Below are positions 1 through 9,068 of a stretch of DNA of 45,859 bases, one piece after another. Position 1 is the stretch's first letter, and every line of letters begins with the position of its first letter. The DNA comes from Parachlamydiales bacterium (lineage in GTDB: Bacteria > Chlamydiota > Chlamydiia > Chlamydiales > SM23-39), in the NCBI GenBank assembly GCA_016935395.1, contig JAFGQY010000010.1, positions 1 to 45,859 on the forward strand, given 5' to 3'. The position numbers and the translations under genes were made by a program. The notes beneath the pieces are model-generated. The model was not told the DNA's origin. It made no database searches and saw only the letters and a program-made list of their open reading frames with translations.

Positions 1-36
1 AATAAAATTAAATAAATATATAAATTAAATTAACTT

Positions 37-1623
37 ATGTATATAATATTTATTATCGTAATAAAAAGTAATAACTTAATGGTAACAGCAGTAAAAAGTA
101 TCAGTTTGGCAGGATCCATAGTGCCGACAGTTATGGAATTTGAACCAGAATTCTATAAGGCATTAGAAGTTGCTGGATTATCCCAACAGCAAATCGATAA
201 ATATAAAGATGATAAACGTTTTGCAGATCAGGATTCTATTGATGATTTTTTATGTGAAGTAGATAAAAATAGTTATACGTTTTTACATCATGCTGTAGAA
301 AATAATTGCCATGATCCTAAAATCATTAGTCAGCTCATACCTAAAAATCCTATAAAAAAATTACAAGTATTGTTTCAAAAAAATAATTGCGGTTTTACTC
401 CTCTTTCTTTGGCTGTATGTGGTAATTCAAATGAAGAAATCATTGAATTATTAATACCTGAAGATAAAGAAAAAAGGGATGAATTATTATGTCAAACTGA
501 TTTTTATAAAAGATCCTCATTAATATTAGCAATATTTACAGGATACAACGAAGCGCTATTAAAATTATTAATACCTGAAGATAAAGAAAAAAGAGATGAA
601 TTATTATTACTTCAACCCGGTTACTTGAAATGTTCTCCATTAAGGTTAGCAATAAATACAGGATACAGCGAAGAGGCATTAAAATTATTAATACCTGAAG
701 ATAAAGAAAAAAGATATGAATTATTAAGTCAAAAGAAGGATAGTGGCGCAAATTGCATTGAATACTTAATATTTAAAAGAGATTATACGAGATTAAGGTT
801 ATTTTCAGAGATGAAAGTTTCTTATAATTGTGAGCTATCAGAACATCAATATTTAAGATTATTATTCAATGTTGGATCACTAGCAAAAGAAAAAATAGAA
901 ATAAGGGATTTTGAAGGTATAGGAGATGATTATTCAGCATTTTACTTTATAAATAAGATATTAAAAGGTGAGATGAATCAAGATTTGCAAGATGCAATAG
1001 AAAGCTATTTAGATTTTAGACAATATAATCCAATAGAAGTATGCAAAAGAATTAAAGAAGGTAAACCAACAATAGTTAATGCTTCTTGTCAAAAGCATGC
1101 TATTTATTGCTTAGTATATGAGGGATATTTTTTTATTTTTAATAGAGGTGCAGGGAGAAAGGAACCATCAGTAATATGTTATAAAATTAATGCAAATAAA
1201 ATTGATAAGATCGATATATCTTGGCTGATGGATAAAGAAAAATCTATAGAATCAAAATACAAAATAGTCAACGGATTTGCAGAAGGGAAAGATAATTTAT
1301 GTAAAGCTCTTGAAAAAACAGCAAAACAAAAAACTCAGAAAACAGGAAATTGTGGTTGGGCAGGTCCAAAACTTTTAACATCGTTAATGCTTTTTTTGCC
1401 GGATGTATTCAAAGATAAGGACGTAACGTCAATAGATGAACTTGAAGCAAAATTCGAAGAAGGATTTTTAAAAAAAGGAAAACAGTTTTCATTAAAATGT
1501 AGAAATGAAATTTATGAGCAATCTTTAAGGTATAAAAATGCTAAAACAGAAAAACTCTTCAATGAAGCCAAGAAAAAATTAGATGCGTATTCATCTAAAT
1601 ATAGCTATCTAGAACTCAAATAA
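37..1623 (+). CDS. Ankyrin-like repeat protein with a C-terminal putative papain-like (clan CE-like) cysteine peptidase domain; candidate effector
   Basis: 528-aa ORF; the more likely start is the ATG at 79 (MVTAVKS). The N-terminal half has ankyrin-like units (GFTPLSLAVCGNSNEEIIELLI; CSPLRLAINTGYSEEALKLLI). The C-terminal half has His354 (KHAIYCLVY), Asn369 (FIFNRG) and Gln...Cys439 (QKTQKTGNCGWAG) in His-Asx-Gln-Cys order. The function is inferred from motifs only. Confidence 0.45.
   Translation: MYIIFIIVIKSNNLMVTAVKSISLAGSIVPTVMEFEPEFYKALEVAGLSQQQIDKYKDDKRFADQDSIDDFLCEVDKNSYTFLHHAVENNCHDPKIISQLIPKNPIKKLQVLFQKNNCGFTPLSLAVCGNSNEEIIELLIPEDKEKRDELLCQTDFYKRSSLILAIFTGYNEALLKLLIPEDKEKRDELLLLQPGYLKCSPLRLAINTGYSEEALKLLIPEDKEKRYELLSQKKDSGANCIEYLIFKRDYTRLRLFSEMKVSYNCELSEHQYLRLLFNVGSLAKEKIEIRDFEGIGDDYSAFYFINKILKGEMNQDLQDAIESYLDFRQYNPIEVCKRIKEGKPTIVNASCQKHAIYCLVYEGYFFIFNRGAGRKEPSVICYKINANKIDKIDISWLMDKEKSIESKYKIVNGFAEGKDNLCKALEKTAKQKTQKTGNCGWAGPKLLTSLMLFLPDVFKDKDVTSIDELEAKFEEGFLKKGKQFSLKCRNEIYEQSLRYKNAKTEKLFNEAKKKLDAYSSKYSYLELK
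445..735 (+). repeat. In-frame tandem repeat inside the ankyrin-like gene, with periods of 117 and 120 bp (39/40 aa)
   Basis: The core ttaatacctgaagataaagaaaaaag(g/a)(g/t)atgaattatta occurs at 451, 568 and 688. It encodes LLIPEDKEKR(D/Y)ELL three times. Confidence 0.85.
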
Positions 1624-4600
1624 GATTTTAGATATTTTGCTGTATAAGACTTTTTATTTTTTAAAAGATCATCAAAAGATCCTTCAAAAATAACTTCGCC
1701 GCCATTTTCTCCAGCATCCAGGCCAAGATCAATAATGTAGTCTGCATTTTTTATAATATCTAAATTGTGTTCTATGATAACCAAAGTATTTTTCTTGTCT
1801 GCCAATTGATGGAAAATTTTTAGAAGCTTTTCTATATCGACAAAATGAAGACCTGTTGTCGGTTCGTCTAAAAGATAAAGAGTTTTGGAAGATCTTCTTT
1901 TTGCAAGTTCTTTAGCAAGTCTGATTCTTTGAGCTTCACCGCCGGACAGGGAATTTAATTCCTGCCCAAGTTTTAAATATCCAAGTCCAACTTCTTGTAT
2001 AAGAGTTGCCATTTTTGAAAACTTTGGCAAAATATTGAAAAACTCTTTTGCTTCATCTATTGTCAGATCTAAAACTTGTCCTAGATTCTTATTTTGATAT
2101 TTAACTTCTAAAGAGAGGGGATTTAATTTTAATCCATTACAAGCATCACAAGTTATTTTAACAGGAGGCAGATATTGAAGTTGAATGTTTTTAAAACCTA
2201 GCCCCCAACACGTTTTGCACATGCCCTGGATATGATTATAACTAAAATTTCTCGGCCTTAGACCCTTTACCTTGGCTGAAGACAGATTTGAATAAAAAGA
2301 TCTGAGCACCGGCATTAAATCAGAATATGTTCCAACATCAGATCTGATAGTAGATCCAATAGGAGTTTGATCTAAAGAGATTATGTTTTCAAAGTTTTTT
2401 AGCCCTTTTACAATACCATAAGGATAATGAATTTCATCTTTTCTCTGTTTTATAGCAGCTTTTGCTGCCTTTTTTAAAATGTCATGAATAAGAGTAGATT
2501 TACCGCAGCCGGATACTCCGGTAATGCAGGTAATGGTATTTAAAGGAATAGAGGCGGAGATATTCTTTAAATTGTGAAGCCGAGCCTTTTCAATTGTTAT
2601 TTGATCTTTTTTATTTATAGGTCTTCTTTTTTCAGGAAGAGATATTTTTTTAGCTTCGCTTAAATATTGTCCAGTTAATGATTTTGGATTTTTTTTAATC
2701 TCATCTATGGTGCCGCTTGCTAAAATTTTTCCTCCATTTACTCCAGCTGATGGGCCAAAATCAAAAACATAGTCAGCTTTTTCAATTATCTGTGGGTCGT
2801 GATCTACTAAAATTAAGGTGTTCCCAAGCTCTTTTAATTTTTTCAGTGTGTTTGCAAGTAAATGACTATTATGAGGATGAAGACCAATAGTCGGTTCATC
2901 TAAAATATATATGCAGGAGGTTAAAAAGGAACCTAGCTGTTTAGATAGACGAATTCTTTGAAGTTCTCCTCCACTTAATGTTGGTGCAGATCTGTCTAAA
3001 GAAATGTAATTAAGTCCAATTTCATTTAAAAAATTTAAAGAGGATTTAATATGATTTAATACATCTTCCAAGATATGTTTTTGAGATTCATCCAGTTTAA
3101 TTTTTTCTATAAATTTTATGGCATTTTCGATAGAAAAAGAACAAAAGTCTGTAATAGATACTTTGTTTATCAAAACATTTCTGGCAAGAGGGTTTAATCG
3201 CTTTCCAAAACAGGATGGACAAGTTCTCTCTTCCATAAGAGGTATTAGCATTTCTTTAATATTTCTTGTGGAGTGCTTTGCCATTGTGGCTAGAGTTTTA
3301 TTAAATCCTTTCCATTTGTATGAGACATTTTTTTTAAAAAATTCTTTTTCGGTTCCATTTAAAAATATGTTTAGTTTATCAGCTTCTAGTTTTTTTAAAG
3401 GTTTTTCTGTATCAATTTTTAAACTTTTAAACATTTCTTCTATAAAATCTATTTCACAATCTTCAAAAAATATATACAAAATATCTAAAATTGTAGCTTT
3501 TTCAAATGAGCCTTCAGATAAAAAATCAAATCCAAAAATATACCCAAGTCCCATACACTCTAAACACATTCCGGCTTCAGAATTAAATGAAAATGTTTGA
3601 GTTGTTATTTCAGGATAGGATTTTCCTGTTTTTTGACATGCAAAAGCTAGGTTGAAAAATATATCTTCATTTTCTTTAGATATAAGCAGTTTTCCATTAG
3701 AAATTTTTGCAGCCGTTTTAATAGCTTCCAAAAGTCTTAAATAGATATCTTTGTTTACTTTGATTCTATCGATAACAAGAAAAATTTCATTTTTTGCATT
3801 TTTGTTAAAGGGTATTTCTTCATCAAACGAATAATATTTATCGTTAAGCCTTAGCTTGGTGTATCCAAGTGATAAATACTTTTCTAAAAAGTCTTCGAAA
3901 GAATCATTTTTTTCCATCTCAACAAAAGCAAGTATTTGTACTTTTTCATTTTCTTCGAACGAAAGCACTTTTTGTGCAACATATTCAGGACTTATGGTTG
4001 TAATCTTTTCTTTCGAGTCAGGAGAAAAAGCTTCTCCTAAATGTGAATATAAAAGCCTTAAATGGTCGTATATTTCGGTTATTGTTCCAACAGTTGATCT
4101 AGGATTTAAAAGATGACCTTTTTGCTGAAGAGCAATCGGCGGATAAAGATTTTTGATTTTGTCAACGTTAGGTCTTGGAATTTTACTTAAAAATTGTCTT
4201 GAATAACCGGGGAGAGACTGTATATATCTTATCTGTCCCTCTGCATAAATTGTATCAAAGGCAAGAGATGTCTTTCCGCTACCCGATGGTCCTGTAAAAA
4301 TTGTAATTTCATTATGAGGTATTTGAAGATCAATATTTTTTAAATTGTTTTGATATGCATTTTCTATTATTAAATACTTCTCTTCAACAACTGTTGTTTT
4401 TGTTTTTTTATGAATGTATTTTGTCTGTAAAAATGCTTTTTTAAGAGCTTTTCCCGTTGGTGAATTTTCTTGAGCTATTTTTTCGGGTGTATCGGAGGCT
4501 ATGATTTTACCTCCCTCTTCTGAAGATCCGGGCCCTAAATCAATTACATAATCAGCGCATTTTATAAAATCCATGTTATGTTCAATTACAATCACTGTAT

Positions 4601-7316
4601 TTTTGTGATTAACGAGCTCTTGTAAGATATTTAGAAGATTTTTAATATCATGAAAATGAAGTCCGGTTGTCGGCTCATCTAAAATATAAATGGTTTTTCC
4701 AAGACTTGGCCGAACAAGCTCTTTTGCAAGTTTTATTCTTTGAGCTTCTCCCCCAGAGAGCGTTGTTGCACTTTGTCCTAGCGGTATATAGCCAAGTCCA
4801 ACTTGATTTAAAAGATCTAGCTTGTGCTTAATATTCGGGATAGAATCAAAAAAAACAAGAGCTTCTTCAATATCCATGTTTAAAACATCATAAATATTTT
4901 TGTCTTTGTAATAGATAGATAAAATTTCTTTTGAAAATCTTTTTCCACCGCATTGTGCGCATGTAGAATAAACATCTTCTAAAAAATCCATGTCAACTTT
5001 TACCTGTCCGAGACCCTTGCAGTATGGACATGTCCCTTCTTTAACATTGAATGAAAAACTTCCTGCATTAAAGCCTTTTGCCTTACTTTGTTTGAGATTT
5101 GCAAACAGATTTCTAATATCATCAAATAGTTTTATGTATGTAGCCGGATTTGATCTTATCGTTCTGCCAATAGGGGATTGATCAACAAATATTACTTTCT
5201 CTATATTTTCAAGACCTTCAATTGAATCAAATTTACCACATTCAAGTTTAGACTTTTGTAAAACATTAGACAAAGCCGGAAAAAGGGTGTCGGATATCAA
5301 AGATGATTTTCCGGATCCCGAAACGCCGCTAATACAAACAAAGTTATGTAGTGGTATTTTTAGATCAACATTTTTTAAATTGTTATGGATGCAGTTTTTT
5401 ATAACTATACTTTCTTTTGAAATTTTTCTTTCATACGATAAGGGTAGTTTTTTTTCACCTGATAGATATTGACCTGTTAATGATCTTTTTTCATTAATAA
5501 TATCTAATATTGATCCCTTGGCTATGATCTCACCACCTTTTTTCCCGGCAAAGGGTCCTACATCTACAATAACATCTGCAGACTCAATAGTATCTTTATC
5601 ATGTTCAACTACAATTACTGTATTTTTGTGGTTTTTAAGATCTATTAAGGTATCTATTAATTTGTTGTGATCATGAGGATGAAGACCGATTGAGGGTTCA
5701 TCCAAAATATAAGTAGAGCCCGATAGCCCCGATCCAATCAGTGCTGCAAGTCTAACTCTTTGAGACTCTCCTCCGCTTAAAGAGGGTGATATCCTGTCCA
5801 AACATAAATAATGAAGGCCTACATTTATTAAAAATTTTAGCTTTTTAACTATTTCAAAAATCAAATCTTTTGCAACTATCTCTTCTTTTGTAAGTTTTAT
5901 ATTTTCAAAAAAATCAAGAGCTTTTTTTATCGGGAATTTTGAAATATCAAATATAGTTTTTTCTCTGAATTTTGCTGCTGCCGGATAAGGCTTTATTTTA
6001 GCTCCATTGCAAGATGGGCAGATCATTTTAGACATCAATGATTGTATGTTTTTTCTGTAGCTATCAGAAGTTGCCTTATCAAGCCTTTTATGAGCTTCAT
6101 AGATAACCCCTTTATATTTTACAAACTCTTCCCACTTAACAGATCTTCTTATGTGAACAAATTTCATTTTGATCCATTTATCACCGGCTCCATATAAAAA
6201 AATGTCTTTTGCTTTTTTAGATAGATCTTTGAAAGGAGTTTTTACGCTAAAATTATAAATTCTTGCTAAGTTGTCATAAATATTTTTATATCTAACTGTG
6301 TTATAGTGGCCTGCTATTTTACAACAATCTTCAGAAATAGAAAGATTAGGATCAATAATCTTGTCTATATCAAATTCAAAAACCTCTCCAAGACCTTGGC
6401 ATTGAGGGCACATGCCGGATGGATGATTAAAAGAGAAATCTCCTGCAGTTAGTGCAGGATAAGAAATTTTTGATTTAGGGCTATAAGCTGTTTGAGAGAA
6501 AAAAGTTTCATTTTTTTCTTCTGCATCTAAAATGATCACTGATCCATTCGAATATTCAAAGCAGGTATTTATATCTTCTTTTAGCCTAGAAAAATTATCC
6601 TCAGTTAATTTGATTCTATCGATTACAATATCTAAATTGTGTTCTTTTTTTGGATCAGGTTCGGTATTTTCTAGTATATCAACAATTTCATTATCTATTC
6701 TTACCTTCGTAAATCCCTTTTTTATAAGATCTGATATGTCATCTTTTAAAGATCCCTTTTTATCTTTGATATAAGGGCAAAGGATAATAATTTTTTTATT
6801 TACAAAATCCTTTTTGATTGTGGATATAATTTTTTCTTTACTGTGGGGTTTTACGATTTCACCGCTTACAGGACAATAAAAAGTGGCTACTTTTGAAAAT
6901 AATACCCTTAAAAAATCATAAATCCCTGTCATAGTTCCAACAGTAGATCTGGGCGTTTTTAGAACTGTTTTTTGCTCAATTGCAATTGTGGGAGAAAGGC
7001 CTGATATTACTTTAGCATCAGGTTTTGTCTGCTCTTGAATGTATCTTCTTAAGGCAGCAGGCAGAGATTCAATATATCTTCTTTGCCCTTCAACATATAT
7101 TGTATCAAAAGCCAAAGAGGATTTTCCTGAACCGGAAACCCCTGTAAAAACAATGAGTTCAAAAGGATCAAGCTCAAGATCCACCTCTTTTAAATTGTGG
7201 ACCTTAACTTTTTTTAAAACAATTTGACGATTATTCAATTTTCCTATAATTGTAAATAATAAATAAACATGTATACTATTATATCTTTTTGAGAAAAAAA
7301 ATCTATGTTTACGCAT
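1605..7316 (-). CDS. uvrA: Excinuclease ABC subunit A, tandem-fused double UvrA (two complete UvrA modules in one ORF)
   Basis: 1903-aa ORF. It has four Walker A sites (GVSGSGKSSLAFDT, GVSGSGKSSLISDT, GPSGSGKTSLAFDT, GVSGCGKSTLIHD), four ABC signatures (LSGGESQR, LSGGEAQR, LSGGELQR, LSGGEAQR) and Cys-x2-Cys zinc modules. The second UvrA module starts near YLIIENAYQNNLKNIDL. The annotated ATG overlaps the pyk start by 12 bp. A TTG at 7238, preceded by AGGA, is a plausible true start. Confidence 0.95.
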   Translation of the reverse strand: MRKHRFFFSKRYNSIHVYLLFTIIGKLNNRQIVLKKVKVHNLKEVDLELDPFELIVFTGVSGSGKSSLAFDTIYVEGQRRYIESLPAALRRYIQEQTKPDAKVISGLSPTIAIEQKTVLKTPRSTVGTMTGIYDFLRVLFSKVATFYCPVSGEIVKPHSKEKIISTIKKDFVNKKIIILCPYIKDKKGSLKDDISDLIKKGFTKVRIDNEIVDILENTEPDPKKEHNLDIVIDRIKLTEDNFSRLKEDINTCFEYSNGSVIILDAEEKNETFFSQTAYSPKSKISYPALTAGDFSFNHPSGMCPQCQGLGEVFEFDIDKIIDPNLSISEDCCKIAGHYNTVRYKNIYDNLARIYNFSVKTPFKDLSKKAKDIFLYGAGDKWIKMKFVHIRRSVKWEEFVKYKGVIYEAHKRLDKATSDSYRKNIQSLMSKMICPSCNGAKIKPYPAAAKFREKTIFDISKFPIKKALDFFENIKLTKEEIVAKDLIFEIVKKLKFLINVGLHYLCLDRISPSLSGGESQRVRLAALIGSGLSGSTYILDEPSIGLHPHDHNKLIDTLIDLKNHKNTVIVVEHDKDTIESADVIVDVGPFAGKKGGEIIAKGSILDIINEKRSLTGQYLSGEKKLPLSYERKISKESIVIKNCIHNNLKNVDLKIPLHNFVCISGVSGSGKSSLISDTLFPALSNVLQKSKLECGKFDSIEGLENIEKVIFVDQSPIGRTIRSNPATYIKLFDDIRNLFANLKQSKAKGFNAGSFSFNVKEGTCPYCKGLGQVKVDMDFLEDVYSTCAQCGGKRFSKEILSIYYKDKNIYDVLNMDIEEALVFFDSIPNIKHKLDLLNQVGLGYIPLGQSATTLSGGEAQRIKLAKELVRPSLGKTIYILDEPTTGLHFHDIKNLLNILQELVNHKNTVIVIEHNMDFIKCADYVIDLGPGSSEEGGKIIASDTPEKIAQENSPTGKALKKAFLQTKYIHKKTKTTVVEEKYLIIENAYQNNLKNIDLQIPHNEITIFTGPSGSGKTSLAFDTIYAEGQIRYIQSLPGYSRQFLSKIPRPNVDKIKNLYPPIALQQKGHLLNPRSTVGTITEIYDHLRLLYSHLGEAFSPDSKEKITTISPEYVAQKVLSFEENEKVQILAFVEMEKNDSFEDFLEKYLSLGYTKLRLNDKYYSFDEEIPFNKNAKNEIFLVIDRIKVNKDIYLRLLEAIKTAAKISNGKLLISKENEDIFFNLAFACQKTGKSYPEITTQTFSFNSEAGMCLECMGLGYIFGFDFLSEGSFEKATILDILYIFFEDCEIDFIEEMFKSLKIDTEKPLKKLEADKLNIFLNGTEKEFFKKNVSYKWKGFNKTLATMAKHSTRNIKEMLIPLMEERTCPSCFGKRLNPLARNVLINKVSITDFCSFSIENAIKFIEKIKLDESQKHILEDVLNHIKSSLNFLNEIGLNYISLDRSAPTLSGGELQRIRLSKQLGSFLTSCIYILDEPTIGLHPHNSHLLANTLKKLKELGNTLILVDHDPQIIEKADYVFDFGPSAGVNGGKILASGTIDEIKKNPKSLTGQYLSEAKKISLPEKRRPINKKDQITIEKARLHNLKNISASIPLNTITCITGVSGCGKSTLIHDILKKAAKAAIKQRKDEIHYPYGIVKGLKNFENIISLDQTPIGSTIRSDVGTYSDLMPVLRSFYSNLSSAKVKGLRPRNFSYNHIQGMCKTCWGLGFKNIQLQYLPPVKITCDACNGLKLNPLSLEVKYQNKNLGQVLDLTIDEAKEFFNILPKFSKMATLIQEVGLGYLKLGQELNSLSGGEAQRIRLAKELAKRRSSKTLYLLDEPTTGLHFVDIEKLLKIFHQLADKKNTLVIIEHNLDIIKNADYIIDLGLDAGENGGEVIFEGSFDDLLKNKKSYTAKYLKSYLSSR

Positions 7317-9068
7317 ACTAAAATTATTTGTACTATCGGTCCTTCTACTAAATCTAAGGAAATGATTATTAAATTAATCAATGCCGGAATGAATGTTGCT
7401 AGAATTAATTTTTCTCATGGAACTCAAGAAGAGCATCTAATTACTATCAATACAATTAAAGAAGCTAGAAAAGAGACTAAAAAACCTATCTCTATAATGC
7501 TAGATACCAAAGGACCTGAAATCAGAGTCGGAAAACTTTTGAATGGTCAAATCTCTTTATCTTCAAAACAAAAAATTAAACTTACCTCCTATGAAGCTAC
7601 AAAAGAAGATGAAGTGCCAATTGATCCATTTAATGTATTGGAAGATTTAAGACCGTCTCAAAAAATTTTATTTGATGACGGATATATTGTTGGAATTATT
7701 TTGGATAAACAAGAAAAATATATTGTTGTTGAAATTCAAAATGAAGGTGTTTTAAAAAGCTCTAAAGGAGTAAATATTCCTAACGTTATTCTTTCCCTTC
7801 CAGCTGTTACAAAAAGAGATATTGAAGATTTAAAGTTTGGGTGTGAGCATGATGTTGATTTCATCGCTGCTTCTTTTATCAGATCTGCAGATCACGTTTT
7901 GGAAATTAAAAAAATCTTAGAAAAACAGGGCAGAGATGATATTTTAGTAATTGCAAAAATCGAAAGCTCTGAAGGTGTTAATAATTTTGATGAGATAGCA
8001 GATGCAGCTGATGGGATAATGGTAGCAAGAGGGGATTTGGGAGTAGAGGTGGATCTGTCACTAGTTCCAAAACTTCAAAAATTAATGGTTAGTAAATGCT
8101 ATGAAGCTTGCAAACCTGTTGTTATTGCCACTCAGATGTTGGAGTCAATGATCAATAACCCAAGACCTACTAGAGCTGAAGTATCAGACGTTGCAAATGC
8201 CATTTATGAAAGCGCTTCTTGCGTTATGTTATCTGCAGAAACAGCTGCAGGTAAATATCCAATAGAAACTGTTGAACAGATGAGAAAAATCATAAATCAA
8301 GCAGAAGATGATTTTGATTATAAAAACTTTTTTTATAAAGAATCACATGTTGAATATGAAGATGTTTCCTCTTCTGTTGCAGTAGCTTCAGTTAAAACAG
8401 CTTATAGCTCAAATGCCAAAGCTATTTTTGCTATTACTAAAACAGGTTTCACTGCAAGGCTTTTAACCAGACTTAGACCAAAAATACCCATAATCGTTTT
8501 GACTAAAAGTGAAAAAAAATATCATCAGCTTGCATTTAACTGGGGCGTTATTCCTATCTATTCTACAAACTGGGAAACTGAAAAAGAAGCTTTCGCCATT
8601 ATGAAAAGCTATGCAATGGAAAATGATATAATTACTTTTGGTGACTTTGTTGTTTTAATATCTTCATTTCCTTTTGAAAAAAGAGGCATTACTAATCTTA
8701 TGATTATCGAAAGTATAGGAGAGGTAATAGTTAGAGGCTTTAAAGGCATAGGTAAAAAAGTAAAAGGAAAAATTTCAAAAATTATTTCTTTAAATGGTGA
8801 CACTTTTGATAAAGCAAAAGATAAAATTATTGTTATCTCAAAATGTGATGAAAGATTTTTACCTGCTATGAAATTATCTAAAGGTGTAGTTTTACAAAAT
8901 AGCTCAAAAGATACTTTTTCAGAGACTTTTGCTATACAAAACGCTACAAGATTAAATATTCCAATTATTGTTAGAGCAAAACATGCTTTTGACATTCTTT
9001 TAGAAGGTGAAGATGTTATTTTAGATCCGGATAAATCTTTAATTTACCTGCAATCAGAAGAAAGTTAG
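7305..9068 (+). CDS. pyk: Pyruvate kinase with an extra C-terminal domain of about 100 aa
   Basis: 587 aa. N-terminus MFTHTKIICTIGPST, plus NVARINFSHG, MLDTKGPEIR, MVARGDLGVE and ATQMLESM. The tail after about residue 480 resembles a PEP-utiliser mobile domain. Confidence 0.95.
   Translation: MFTHTKIICTIGPSTKSKEMIIKLINAGMNVARINFSHGTQEEHLITINTIKEARKETKKPISIMLDTKGPEIRVGKLLNGQISLSSKQKIKLTSYEATKEDEVPIDPFNVLEDLRPSQKILFDDGYIVGIILDKQEKYIVVEIQNEGVLKSSKGVNIPNVILSLPAVTKRDIEDLKFGCEHDVDFIAASFIRSADHVLEIKKILEKQGRDDILVIAKIESSEGVNNFDEIADAADGIMVARGDLGVEVDLSLVPKLQKLMVSKCYEACKPVVIATQMLESMINNPRPTRAEVSDVANAIYESASCVMLSAETAAGKYPIETVEQMRKIINQAEDDFDYKNFFYKESHVEYEDVSSSVAVASVKTAYSSNAKAIFAITKTGFTARLLTRLRPKIPIIVLTKSEKKYHQLAFNWGVIPIYSTNWETEKEAFAIMKSYAMENDIITFGDFVVLISSFPFEKRGITNLMIIESIGEVIVRGFKGIGKKVKGKISKIISLNGDTFDKAKDKIIVISKCDERFLPAMKLSKGVVLQNSSKDTFSETFAIQNATRLNIPIIVRAKHAFDILLEGEDVILDPDKSLIYLQSEES

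Noticed and set aside
536-751. A 71-aa minus-strand ORF within the ankyrin-like gene.
   Set aside because: It is generated by the tandem repeat read antisense, so its own sequence is internally repeated. There is no independent support.
3118-7227. Six plus-strand ORFs of 61-160 aa lie inside the uvrA locus: 3118-3600, 3856-4116, 4990-5181, 5287-5472, 6532-6774 and 7039-7227.
   Set aside because: All are antisense to a long, motif-rich uvrA frame. Their translations are low-complexity (S/F/K/I-rich) with no motifs. They are typical shadow ORFs of an AT-rich gene.
1605-7316. The possibility that the 5.7-kb uvrA is an assembly duplication or two adjacent genes.
   Set aside because: The two halves have clearly diverged at the protein level, and the frame is continuous through the junction. 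A duplicated UvrA is an established chlamydial trait.
8609-8995. A 128-aa minus-strand ORF inside pyk. Similar antisense ORFs occur inside other genes: 9333-9536, 9552-9734, 12662-12862, 13191-13484, 13758-14144, 14213-14452, 14475-14693, 16430-16699, 18119-18358, 19802-20068, 24412-24753, 26315-26506, 27270-27455, 28600-28887, 30906-31103, 34787-35008, 38545-38838, 40708-40896, 42758-43039, 43822-44136 and 44745-44972.
   Set aside because: Each lies fully inside and antisense to, or out of frame with, a longer ORF that has clear family motifs. None shows a recognisable motif or RBS.
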